From IMG/VR virus record IMGVR_UViG_3300005805_000332, positions 1 through 29,327 of that record: 29,327 nt of DNA. One strand, 5' to 3'. Positions 6,833 to 15,698 of this stretch are shown piece after piece. This DNA is from a virus (taxonomy: Duplodnaviria; Caudoviricetes). Under the pieces are notes generated by a model. The model searched no databases. It had not been told where the DNA came from and saw nothing but the letters and a program-made list of their open reading frames with translations. A program made the position numbers and the translations under genes. The first letter of the stretch is position 1. Every line of letters starts with the position of its first letter.

Positions 6833-7879
6833 ATGCAACAAGAAATCAGTTTGAAACAAGCAGAAGAATTAATTGCGTCAGTCGGTAAACATGTCACAGT
6901 TCACTTGAAAGGTCAACCTGGCATTGGTAAGTCATCAATACTTAAAACATTGGCGACTAGATTTCCTAACCACACACCTGTGTATATTGATTGTGCAGAC
7001 TTAGATTTGGGCGACCTAGCTATGCCTGCCATGAACCATGATACAAAGACAACAACATTCTATCCGAATGAACGCTTTGCTATTCATGACAACAAGCCTG
7101 TCATCATTATGCTTGACGAGATTACTAAAGCTAGTGAGCCTGTCAAGAACATGCTACTACCTGTCATGCTAGAACGCAGACTCGGTGCAGTTAAGTTTCA
7201 CCCCGACTCGATCGTTTATTCTACAGGTAACCTAACAACAGATGGTGTAGGCGATACCATGAAAGCCCATGCCAAGAACAGACTGACGGCAGTTATCGTT
7301 CGCAATCCTAACGATGACGAATGGATTAATTGGGCTATTGATAATAACATCGCACCTGAAGTTGTAGCTTGGGTTAAACAATTCCCCCATGCACTAGCCT
7401 GTTACACCGATGAGTCACAGAAAGAGAACATGTATATATACAATCCTAGAAAACAACAAGAGGCATTTGTATCTCCACGTTCATTGGAAAAGGCATCGTT
7501 CATTGTTAAAGAACGTCACATACTAGGTGAAGATACTACTATGGTTGCACTCACAGGCACACTTGGTGAGTCAGCTGCTCGTGACATGTCAGCGTTCTTT
7601 AGTCTTGCTGATGGACTACCTACGAAAGAAAGTATCTACAAAGAACCTGAGAAAGCACAAGTTCCTTCTGACCCTGCGGCTCGTGTAATTCTTGTAATGC
7701 GAGAACTCATGAGTATCACAGAGGAACATATGGATGCATGGTTGACATACTTACAACGTTTACCTATGGAGATACAAGCGTTGTTTGCTGTAAACATCAT
7801 GGCATCATCACGTAAACAAGTCGCGGCTCAAAACAAATCATTCGTTGATTGGGCAGTTAAGAATAACCAATACTTCTAG
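6833..7879 (+). CDS. AAA+ ATPase, MoxR/AAA_5-like
   Basis: Walker A GQPGIGKS, Walker B IIMLDE, sensor-1 TGN, NR arginine finger, SPRS sensor-2. Confidence 0.9.
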   Translation: MQQEISLKQAEELIASVGKHVTVHLKGQPGIGKSSILKTLATRFPNHTPVYIDCADLDLGDLAMPAMNHDTKTTTFYPNERFAIHDNKPVIIMLDEITKASEPVKNMLLPVMLERRLGAVKFHPDSIVYSTGNLTTDGVGDTMKAHAKNRLTAVIVRNPNDDEWINWAIDNNIAPEVVAWVKQFPHALACYTDESQKENMYIYNPRKQQEAFVSPRSLEKASFIVKERHILGEDTTMVALTGTLGESAARDMSAFFSLADGLPTKESIYKEPEKAQVPSDPAARVILVMRELMSITEEHMDAWLTYLQRLPMEIQALFAVNIMASSRKQVAAQNKSFVDWAVKNNQYF

Positions 7880-7887
7880 GAGATAAC

Positions 7888-9045
7888 ATGGCACTAACAA
7901 GTGAACAAAGAGTCACGAAGTCCCACATAGCGATAATGCGTAGCAAACAGTTCTGTATGTTTGCAGGTGTGTTATCGGTGGGCAAGGTGAACTTTACAGA
8001 TGAACTACCTACGGCTGCAACCAATGGTCGTGATGTTATGTATAACCCTGACTTCATCAAAACACTAGATGATAAGCAACTAAACTTTGTAGTCTTGCAT
8101 GAAGCGTTACACAAAGCATACCAACATATGCACCTGTGGAAAAAGCTATGGAAACAAAATCCAATGCTCGCTAACATGGCAGCTGACTATGTTGTGAATA
8201 ACGCTATCATTGAAGCTGATGAGCATGGTGAGATTACTTCAATGCCATCGTCAGCCTTGTATGATAAACAATACAAAGGTATGACTACCAAACAAATCTT
8301 TGACTTACTCAAACAAAATGATAAAGGAGATGGTGAAGGTGATAAAGCAGGACATGATACTCATGATTGGGAAGGTGCCGAAAGTTTATCTGATGAAGAA
8401 ACTAAAGAAGTAGCCAAGCAGATAGACCAAGCATTACGTCAAGGTGAGATTATACGTGGCAAGATGCAAGGTAATAAGAACAGAAGTATCAGCGAGATAC
8501 TTGAACCGAAAGTAGATTGGCGTGAACAGTTGCGTGATTTTGTAAACAGCACTTGTAAAAACAAAGACAAGACATCATGGAAACGACCACACAAGCGTTT
8601 CATTGGACATGACATATACATGCCTAGCATGATAGGTGAAGCTATTGGTCAGGTCGTTATTGGTATCGACACGTCAGGTTCTATTGGTGACAAGGAACTC
8701 AACGAGTTCTTAACAGAAGTTGTATCTATATGTGATGATGTATCCCCATCTAGTATAGAGTTGTTGTATTGGGATACAAATGTTGCAGGACATGAGACAT
8801 ACAATCAAGGTGATTACAAAGCGTTGGTTCAGTCAACAAAACCTGCAGGGGGTGGTGGCACTCATGTTGGGTGTGTTAATCAGTATATCAAAGATAAACG
8901 CATACAACCTGAAGCTATCATTATTTTGACAGATGGTTATGTGGAAGATGACTTCGGTGGTAATTGGGAATACCCTACACTATGGGCTATTACAACCAAG
9001 CACATCACATCACCACATGGTAAGACAATACACATTGATAACTAA
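7888..9045 (+). CDS. DUF2201-type putative metallopeptidase + vWA domain protein
   Basis: PTAATNG, HEALH zinc motif, N.AAD..VN; C-terminal MIDAS DTSGS, GGGGT, ILTDG. Confidence 0.9.
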   Translation: MALTSEQRVTKSHIAIMRSKQFCMFAGVLSVGKVNFTDELPTAATNGRDVMYNPDFIKTLDDKQLNFVVLHEALHKAYQHMHLWKKLWKQNPMLANMAADYVVNNAIIEADEHGEITSMPSSALYDKQYKGMTTKQIFDLLKQNDKGDGEGDKAGHDTHDWEGAESLSDEETKEVAKQIDQALRQGEIIRGKMQGNKNRSISEILEPKVDWREQLRDFVNSTCKNKDKTSWKRPHKRFIGHDIYMPSMIGEAIGQVVIGIDTSGSIGDKELNEFLTEVVSICDDVSPSSIELLYWDTNVAGHETYNQGDYKALVQSTKPAGGGGTHVGCVNQYIKDKRIQPEAIIILTDGYVEDDFGGNWEYPTLWAITTKHITSPHGKTIHIDN

Positions 9046-9093
9046 CGAACAAATCAAACAGTTGTTTGAAATGTTCATAACATAAGGAGAGAG
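9046..9093 (+). repeat. 48-bp direct repeat containing palindrome copy 5 (9047-9076) and RBS
   Basis: 47/48 identical to 6781-6828. Confidence 0.95.
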
Positions 9094-9095
9094 AA

Positions 9096-9641
9096 ATGCC
9101 TGTAATTATACCAAATGCTTTAGCAGACTATGCTAAATCAATCACACTAGATGTAGACTTTAATCAGTTTACAGATACGCAAATTAGAAACATTGTAAAA
9201 CAAATACGCACAGGGTGTATATCAAGAGGAACATCTATGACATCACACTTGGCTAGATGGATACGCCGTCAAGATACATCAGGGACACCATACTCATACT
9301 TTCTGTATGATACATACGATATTAAATGGCGTGGCATTCCCAACGGTCATCCTTTCTTTGAAGCCATCAAGCAAGCTTGCTCAATGTTAAAAATATCTGA
9401 GAATAACCCAAGTGAATGGTGGCTTCAAGCTTTAGATGAAAACATAAAAACAGCTGATGAGCAACGACCCAAAGGTAGTATAAGTGCATATCGTTTGGGT
9501 GAGTATAAAAAGATCGTTAGAAAAACTATGAAAATAGAACAAAAGCTATCTCTTTTTATGGAAGACTTCTTAATAAAACTAGAGAAACGAGAGTTAGGTG
9601 TAATGCCTATTCAAGTAAGAGAAATTAAATCGTGGGAATAA
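9096..9641 (+). CDS. Hypothetical protein
   Basis: ORF with strong RBS. Confidence 0.8.
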   Translation: MPVIIPNALADYAKSITLDVDFNQFTDTQIRNIVKQIRTGCISRGTSMTSHLARWIRRQDTSGTPYSYFLYDTYDIKWRGIPNGHPFFEAIKQACSMLKISENNPSEWWLQALDENIKTADEQRPKGSISAYRLGEYKKIVRKTMKIEQKLSLFMEDFLIKLEKRELGVMPIQVREIKSWE

Positions 9642-9660
9642 TAACTAAGGGAGAAAACAA

Positions 9661-9927
9661 ATGAGTAATATAAAGACGCAACAAGAAAAAATAGAATGGT
9701 TAGAAAAAATGAATGAAGCCAATATGAGAGCAGAAGTTATATTAAAAAATCTGTTAGCAGAAGGTGAGTTATCTACTCATGAAGTGCTCAATGCTTTAGC
9801 TACGGCATTGATAATCGCAGCACATAATTGTGAAGCACCCAAACAAGCGTTCTTTAAAACGCTAGATAAGGCATGGGACGAAATAGGACAAAGTCTTGCA
9901 CCAATCGATAATGAAACAATACACTAA
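9661..9927 (+). CDS. Hypothetical helical protein
   Basis: ORF with RBS GGGAG. Confidence 0.75.
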   Translation: MSNIKTQQEKIEWLEKMNEANMRAEVILKNLLAEGELSTHEVLNALATALIIAAHNCEAPKQAFFKTLDKAWDEIGQSLAPIDNETIH

Positions 9928-9942
9928 AAAAGGAGAGAACAA

Positions 9943-10785
9943 ATGAGTATCAGTATAGCAAGTAGTGCAGTTTTAATTGACTTAAACATATCAGTATGGA
10001 CAGCTAGGAAACTAGATAAGAACGTGTCCAAAGAAATTGATATAAACAAAAACACAACCATCAAGGCAGGTAATTATAACAAACATATCCTTGCAGGTTC
10101 AGACCAACTTGAAGCTATTACCAAACTAGCGAATGAAATTCGTGATTGGCATGGCAGACAAACGCTACCATGGTCAGACACAGGCACAAGATTGTTACCT
10201 ATGAATAACTTCTTTGATTACAAACAACAACTAGGTGTATATGAAGCTGAGTTTAAATCACGTATCAATACGTTTATACAACAGTATCCAAACATTATTC
10301 ATGGTATGGTATATAAACTAGGTAATCTGTTTGATAGGTCAGAGTATCCCGATGCAGATAAGATTGCAAATAAGTTTAGTTTAAGATATACTATTATGCC
10401 TGTGCCTGAAACAAATGATTTCCGTGTTGATATTGCTGATGACATCAGAGATGAAATGCAGAAAGAATATCAGAAGGCGTATGAAGGTCGTGTAGAAGCT
10501 GCGATGTCTGATGCATGGTCTAGGTTACATACTACACTAGAACATATGGTTGATAGACTAAGTGGTGACGACAAAAAGATATTTAGAAATAGTTTAGTTG
10601 ATAATGCATTAGAGTTGACAAATCTATTAACAAGGCTTAATGTAACAAAAGACCCTAAATTAGAACAAGCAAGACGTTCACTTGAACAATCGTTAGTAGG
10701 TGTTACTGCTGATGAATTACGTGTAAGTCCAGGTGCTCGTCAAGAAATTCTAAACAAGGTCAATCAAATTATGGAGAACATATGA
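9943..10785 (+). CDS. Conserved helical phage protein (DUF3150-like)
   Basis: SSAVLIDLNISVWTARKLDK, TLPWSD.G.RLLP, LFD.SEYP, KIFR.SL motifs; this type of protein often neighbours AAA/vWA pairs in phages. Confidence 0.6.
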   Translation: MSISIASSAVLIDLNISVWTARKLDKNVSKEIDINKNTTIKAGNYNKHILAGSDQLEAITKLANEIRDWHGRQTLPWSDTGTRLLPMNNFFDYKQQLGVYEAEFKSRINTFIQQYPNIIHGMVYKLGNLFDRSEYPDADKIANKFSLRYTIMPVPETNDFRVDIADDIRDEMQKEYQKAYEGRVEAAMSDAWSRLHTTLEHMVDRLSGDDKKIFRNSLVDNALELTNLLTRLNVTKDPKLEQARRSLEQSLVGVTADELRVSPGARQEILNKVNQIMENI

Positions 10786-11090
10786 AAATATTTCACGTTA
10801 TGGATGAGAATTCACCCATCGTGTCACAAGAGGATAAAGAAAAGATTGCCATACTAAAGCTAGCAGAACCGAGTAAGTTTATAGAAAATGTTGGTGTAAG
10901 AGACGGACAATTTTTTATTATTCCTGAGAACTCTACTGATGCTGTTTATCTAGATTACAAAGCAGCTATGTTACGAATAGATACAGCGTTTAAAAAACAG
11001 ATAGATCGAAAACTATTAGACCAAAAGGCTATGGAATACCATAATAAGAAAGCTGAAGTTGTAAGACGAATTATGGAAATGCCTACATGA
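10782..11090 (+). CDS. Hypothetical protein
   Basis: ATGA overlap, RBS GGAG. Confidence 0.75.
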   Translation: MKIFHVMDENSPIVSQEDKEKIAILKLAEPSKFIENVGVRDGQFFIIPENSTDAVYLDYKAAMLRIDTAFKKQIDRKLLDQKAMEYHNKKAEVVRRIMEMPT

Positions 11091-11383
11091 AGCAACCTGT
11101 TAAAGAAAAGTGGGTTAAACAACAGGTAGTTAAACTGCTAAAGGAGAGAGGTATATACTACTTCTTTCCTATTGCAGGAGCATACTCAAGTGTAGGTGTG
11201 CCTGATATAGTTGCGTGTGTAAGAGGTCGTTTTGTAGGTATTGAATGTAAGGCGGGAAACAATCGCCCTACAGAACTACAGTATAGAAATCTTGAAGCTA
11301 TACGTAACAATGAAGGTATAGCTATGGTAGTAAATGAAAATGATTTAGAACTATTAAAAAATAAATTGGAGATGATTACATGA
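11087..11383 (+). CDS. VRR-NUC domain nuclease (PD-(D/E)XK, Holliday-junction resolvase-like)
   Basis: N-terminal E..V, GVPDIVA, FVGIECK, PTELQ. Confidence 0.85.
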   Translation: MKQPVKEKWVKQQVVKLLKERGIYYFFPIAGAYSSVGVPDIVACVRGRFVGIECKAGNNRPTELQYRNLEAIRNNEGIAMVVNENDLELLKNKLEMIT

Positions 11384-11757
11384 CAAGATTAAAAGCAATA
11401 TTAAATAAATACAAGGAGACAAAAATGGCGAGACCAAAATATAGATTAGATTTAGCTACAGATAAGATATACCAACTTGCTAAAAAGTTAGGGGGAGGTA
11501 GAGCCACAGAACAAGATATGGTCAATCAACCACCACATTATACTCGAGGTGGGATTGAAGCTATTGATTATATGGAAGCTAAGTCAACACCCGAAGAATA
11601 TGCAGGACATTTACGTTTAACCGCATTAAAGTATTTGTCAAGGATAGGATATAAAGACAATGCCCTACAAGACTTAAAGAAAGCACAGTGGTATGTTAAT
11701 AGGTTAGTATCCTTTGCTGAAAAACAAGCAGTGTTGGATAAATGGAAAAATAAATAG
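11380..11757 (+). CDS. DUF3310 protein (T7 gp1.7/SaV-like, putative nucleotide kinase)
   Basis: DMVNQPPHYTRGGIEAIDY, KYLSR.GYK, QDLKKAQWY. Confidence 0.85.
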   Translation: MTRLKAILNKYKETKMARPKYRLDLATDKIYQLAKKLGGGRATEQDMVNQPPHYTRGGIEAIDYMEAKSTPEEYAGHLRLTALKYLSRIGYKDNALQDLKKAQWYVNRLVSFAEKQAVLDKWKNK

Positions 11758-11906
11758 TGTGGGCATTTGGGTTTGGACTAATATCAGGAGTTATGGTAGG
11801 ATTAGAACTTAAATTTCTAGAGGAAGACGAGCCGTATATATTTTCTCTAGTGCTTGACTTATTCATAATTCGCTTGGTAATACAAAAACATAAAAATGTC
11901 CGATGA
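11757..11906 (+). CDS. Small hydrophobic protein (49 aa, not in ORF track)
   Basis: GTG overlapping previous stop; MWAFGFGLISGVMVGLE...FSLVLDLFIIRLVI; fills the gap. Confidence 0.6.
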   Translation: MWAFGFGLISGVMVGLELKFLEEDEPYIFSLVLDLFIIRLVIQKHKNVR

Positions 11907-12093
11907 TGCAGATAAAACACAAGAAAGAATAGAACTTGAAGACGCCATTCGCCGTAAGGAAATGGATCGTATAAAGTATATACAAGGGACGGGTCACTGT
12001 TTAAATTGTGGCTCGAAACTTAACGACTCAAGACGTTGGTGCGATAAAGATTGTGCCGATGATTGGGACTATAACGTCAATAGACGCAAATAA
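11896..12093 (+). CDS. TraR/DksA-like zinc-finger protein
   Basis: N-terminal MSDDAD (TraR-like acidic tip) and CLNCG...RWCDKDC. Confidence 0.7.
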   Translation: MSDDADKTQERIELEDAIRRKEMDRIKYIQGTGHCLNCGSKLNDSRRWCDKDCADDWDYNVNRRK

Positions 12094-12105
12094 AAGGAGA
12101 GAGTT

Positions 12106-12300
12106 ATGGCAACAAAGTCAACGAAGCCTACCGTCAGGGAGACTTCTGCTACGACATTCGATCGTGGCGAACGTAATTTAATCGTAACAGTGCATTTAAA
12201 TTTCATTAAAATCAGACCCAAAGGATTAAAGTCAGAAGAAGTTATTGACATCGCGGCTATCTATGAGCATGCAGTCAAAGCCCGCGTTAGGGGGAAATAA
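12106..12300 (+). CDS. Hypothetical protein
   Basis: RBS AAGGAGAGAG. Confidence 0.75.
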   Translation: MATKSTKPTVRETSATTFDRGERNLIVTVHLNFIKIRPKGLKSEEVIDIAAIYEHAVKARVRGK

Positions 12301-12485
12301 TGTTACTTGGCTGGGGAAAAGATGCTTTTACAAAACAAAAGAAAAATAAAACGAAACAACCTAAAAAGCCACAATATTTATATGTGTATTTAGACGATGA
12401 CTATGAATTTTCGCCAATAAAACTAAATACTAAATGGACATACATAGGCAAAATAAAATTGGAGACAGAAGATGAAAGTAACTAA
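12300..12485 (+). CDS. Hypothetical protein
   Basis: TAATG coupling. Confidence 0.65.
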   Translation: MLLGWGKDAFTKQKKNKTKQPKKPQYLYVYLDDDYEFSPIKLNTKWTYIGKIKLETEDESN

Positions 12486-12681
12486 GATACCAAATAAAAA
12501 GAAAGAAGAGGTATTAGATATTTTAACAAGTGCTATGGACGAAGAATACGATGAAGTATTAGTCATAGGCTTTAGAGAAGGCAGATACTCTATTAATAAC
12601 AGTGGTATCACTGATGGCATTAAGGTAGTAGGTGCTTTAGCTATGGCTCAATACGAAATACTACATGCAGGGGATAATTAA
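12472..12681 (+). CDS. Hypothetical protein
   Basis: RBS GGAG, overlap with previous gene. Confidence 0.7.
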   Translation: MKVTKIPNKKKEEVLDILTSAMDEEYDEVLVIGFREGRYSINNSGITDGIKVVGALAMAQYEILHAGDN

Positions 12682-12854
12682 TGCAAGCCATAGTAAGAGA
12701 TAAGAATGGCAAGAAGATTGTTCAGTTTGAGATATATATGCCCGCTGTAAAAAAAATGGCAAAGAAATTAGGTTTAACTTTTAAACACTACATGGAAGAA
12801 CTTGCCAAATACCATGTAGAAGAAAAAAGAAGGAAGAGGAAAAAACATGTTTGA
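12681..12854 (+). CDS. Small basic protein (57 aa, not in ORF track)
   Basis: TAATG coupling; MQAIVRDKNGKKIVQFE...MAKKLGLTFKHY. Confidence 0.65.
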   Translation: MQAIVRDKNGKKIVQFEIYMPAVKKMAKKLGLTFKHYMEELAKYHVEEKRRKRKKHV

Positions 12855-12972
12855 ATATATAAAGTTTTGGTTAGCTAAAGATGTAGCAGAATTAATTGTA
12901 ATCATGCCAATCATAGTGTTAGGTGTTATAGGATATTTAATTTATTTAAAATGGTGGGATACCGATGCCTAA
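12847..12972 (+). CDS. Small single-TM protein (41 aa, not in ORF track)
   Basis: RBS GAGG; MFEYIKFWLAKDVAELIVIMPIIVLGVIGYLIYLKWW; overlaps the polymerase start. Confidence 0.65.
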   Translation: MFEYIKFWLAKDVAELIVIMPIIVLGVIGYLIYLKWWDTDA

Positions 12973-14791
12973 CTTAATTACGATTGACTTCGAAACCTAT
13001 TACGATAAAGAGTATGGGTTAAAGAAGTTTACCACCGAGCAGTATATACGTGATGAGAAGTTTGAAGTCATAGGTGTAGCTGTTAAGGATAAGGGTGTTA
13101 CTAAATGGTTTACAGGAACACACGCTGAGACCAAAGCTTTCCTAGACTCATACAATATGCATGAACACTTTGTGTTAGGACATAACATGAGGTTTGATGC
13201 GGCTATTCTTTCATGGAAGTTTGATATACACCCATTAGGTTTATTTGATACTATGAGTATGGCTCAAATACTACATGGTTTAACTGAGTCTGTATCATTA
13301 GCTAATCTATCTAAGCTATATAACTTAGGTGAGAAAGGCACAGAAGTATTAGATGCATTAGGTAAAAGACGTGCAGATTTTACATCAAGCGAGATGGGTT
13401 CTTACGCTAGGTATTGTATTAATGACGTAGAACTAACCTATGAACTATTCAATGAGTTAAAAGATAAGTTTACTGCACCAGAGATGAAGCTTATTGATTT
13501 AACTATCCGTATGTTTACAGAACCTAAGTTAGAACTTAATAAAGGTCTACTGATTAAACATCTCCACGAAGTTAAAGAAGCTAAAGAAAAGCTACTAGCT
13601 AAAGTAACCGTTGAAAAAGAATTATTAATGAGTAACCCTAAGTTTGCTGAGTTACTTATTGAACAAGGTGTTACACCCCCCACTAAAATTAGTGCAACTA
13701 CAGGAAAGGAAACATATGCTTTTGCAAAGACTGATGAAGGATTTAAAGATTTATTGGATCATGAGAACCCATTTGTGCAAGCACTTGCTGCAGCGCGTAT
13801 TGGCAATAAATCTACGCTCGAAGAAACCCGTACAGAAAACTTTATTTTAATAGCTAACAGAGGTAAGTTACCCGTTCCATTAAAATATTCAGGGGCAGTG
13901 GTATCCCATCGATGGTCAGGCGTTGATGGGATTAACTTGCAGAATTTACCAAGAACATCTGAGCTTAGACGAGCTATATGTGCACCAAAAGGTTATAAGA
14001 TTGTAGCGTCTGACTTAAGTAACATTGAGTTAAGGTTAGCCTATTGGTTTGCTAAGTCACATGGAAAGATACAGCAGATTAAAGATGGTATTGATTTGTA
14101 TAAACAATCAGCTAGTGAGATTACAGGAACACCATACAACGAAGTTAACAAAGACCTTAGGTTTATCTTTAAGGTAGTAAACTTATCAGGTATCTATGGT
14201 GTAGGTGCGAACAAGATGCACTCAATCTTAAAACAAGGTGGTGTTGAGAAAGATATAAACGAAGTTAAAAATATTGTCTATGCTTACAGACGTGCTAATC
14301 CTGAACTTGTTGAAGCTTGGGCTGATGCAGGCACAATGTTAGAAAGTGTTAGAGCAGGTCAACACTATCGTATGGGTAATGGTGAAATTATTGAAAGTGT
14401 TCCACATGAAGGTATGATGAAACCTAATGGCATGATGTTGGGATTACCTAACCTTAGGAAACTAAAAACAGATACAGGCGAGTCATGGGTTTATGATAAG
14501 CTGATGGGTAGAACAATAATTCCTGAATACATACACCCGTCTAAAACATTTCAACGTTGTATACAATCGTTGGCTCGTGATATAATAGGGGAACAATTAA
14601 TACAAGTAGCGAAAAAGTATCCTGTCGTTATGACGGTGCATGATGAACTTGTGATGTTGTGTAAAGATGAAGAAGTAGATGAATGTAAAGCTTACGTTGA
14701 GAAGTGTATGACTACTGCACCCGAATGGTGTAGTGATCTACCACTAGGCTGTGAAGTAGGAATTGGTGATAATTATATGGATGCTAAGTAA
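12965..14791 (+). CDS. polA: Phage DNA polymerase, family A with 3'-5' exonuclease
   Basis: Exo I DFET, Exo II GHNMRFD, Exo III YCINDV; NLQNLP; motif A DLSNIELR, motif B RFIFKVVNLSGIYG, motif C VHDE. Confidence 0.95.
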   Translation: MPNLITIDFETYYDKEYGLKKFTTEQYIRDEKFEVIGVAVKDKGVTKWFTGTHAETKAFLDSYNMHEHFVLGHNMRFDAAILSWKFDIHPLGLFDTMSMAQILHGLTESVSLANLSKLYNLGEKGTEVLDALGKRRADFTSSEMGSYARYCINDVELTYELFNELKDKFTAPEMKLIDLTIRMFTEPKLELNKGLLIKHLHEVKEAKEKLLAKVTVEKELLMSNPKFAELLIEQGVTPPTKISATTGKETYAFAKTDEGFKDLLDHENPFVQALAAARIGNKSTLEETRTENFILIANRGKLPVPLKYSGAVVSHRWSGVDGINLQNLPRTSELRRAICAPKGYKIVASDLSNIELRLAYWFAKSHGKIQQIKDGIDLYKQSASEITGTPYNEVNKDLRFIFKVVNLSGIYGVGANKMHSILKQGGVEKDINEVKNIVYAYRRANPELVEAWADAGTMLESVRAGQHYRMGNGEIIESVPHEGMMKPNGMMLGLPNLRKLKTDTGESWVYDKLMGRTIIPEYIHPSKTFQRCIQSLARDIIGEQLIQVAKKYPVVMTVHDELVMLCKDEEVDECKAYVEKCMTTAPEWCSDLPLGCEVGIGDNYMDAK

Positions 14792-15297
14792 TGAATTATT
14801 ATGAGATAGGGATTAAGTCAACTATAGCTAACAAATTATTAGATTATGCGTTTAGTTCAACTTCATGGTTTCCTTATTATAATTTCAGTGCTAAACCCAT
14901 ACCGCCAGATATAATTACCGAAGATAATTTTTTTAAATGGCTGCATACGAAATATGAGTTTCTTGCAGGTGTGATAAAACTAGATCCTTACACTTGTTAT
15001 AATTGGCATAAAGATACAAGACGAGGTGTTGGTATAAATATGTTACTTACACCACACGTTAGAAGTGTATGTGTGTTTGCAGATGATACAAGTAAACCTG
15101 CTTTTAAAATAGAAGAACTTAAATATAAACCTATCACTTACTACATATTTAATACACAAAATAATCACACAGTGTATAATTTTGAAAGCACTAGATTTTT
15201 ATTAAGTATTGATTTTCTTAAAAATAAAGATGAATTAACATTTAATCAGCTTGTAGATGATGTAAAGGAACAGTATGAAAAAAACAGCACAGAATGA
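14791..15297 (+). CDS. 2OG-Fe(II) oxygenase-like / cupin protein
   Basis: WHKD (HxD) ... FNTQNNHTVYN ... R.LLSI facial-triad pattern. Confidence 0.6.
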   Translation: MNYYEIGIKSTIANKLLDYAFSSTSWFPYYNFSAKPIPPDIITEDNFFKWLHTKYEFLAGVIKLDPYTCYNWHKDTRRGVGINMLLTPHVRSVCVFADDTSKPAFKIEELKYKPITYYIFNTQNNHTVYNFESTRFLLSIDFLKNKDELTFNQLVDDVKEQYEKNSTE

Positions 15298-15544
15298 CAT
15301 AACAGGTGATTGGTTACAGTCTAAACCAAACAACGAACAGTTTGAAAAAAACTTTGATTTGATATTTAGAAAGAAAAAACCAAGCGAGGACGTATCTCCA
15401 CATGCACATGAATACGAAGAGTCTCGGATTGACGTAGTAGGTCAGAATGGTAACGATGGTTTACACTATGAATATCAACTTAATAAATCAACAGGTGAAG
15501 TAGAAAAGGTAGAAGATGGCAACACAACAAATACACAAAAGTAG
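15275..15544 (+). CDS. Hypothetical protein
   Basis: RBS AAGGA; overlaps both neighbours. Confidence 0.75.
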   Translation: MKKTAQNDITGDWLQSKPNNEQFEKNFDLIFRKKKPSEDVSPHAHEYEESRIDVVGQNGNDGLHYEYQLNKSTGEVEKVEDGNTTNTQK

Positions 15545-15698
15545 ACGACATGCTAATCCTATGTTGACCCGTAATGGTCGACCAAGATATAAAGCATACA
15601 CTATTAAGCAGCTAGAAGTTGAATTAAATAAAAAGCCCGAAGGTAAAAAACGTGCTAAGCTTGTTCAAGAACTTAATAGAAAGTTATTAAATGTCTAA
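15516..15698 (+). CDS. Hypothetical basic protein
   Basis: RBS AAGG; overlaps both neighbours. Confidence 0.7.
   Translation: MATQQIHKSRRHANPMLTRNGRPRYKAYTIKQLEVELNKKPEGKKRAKLVQELNRKLLNV

Noticed and set aside
879-9076. 30-bp palindromes as CRISPR repeats or serine-recombinase crossover sites
   Set aside because: Spacing is 0.6-3.6 kb with whole genes between; central dinucleotides differ between copies; no recombinase or cas operon in the window
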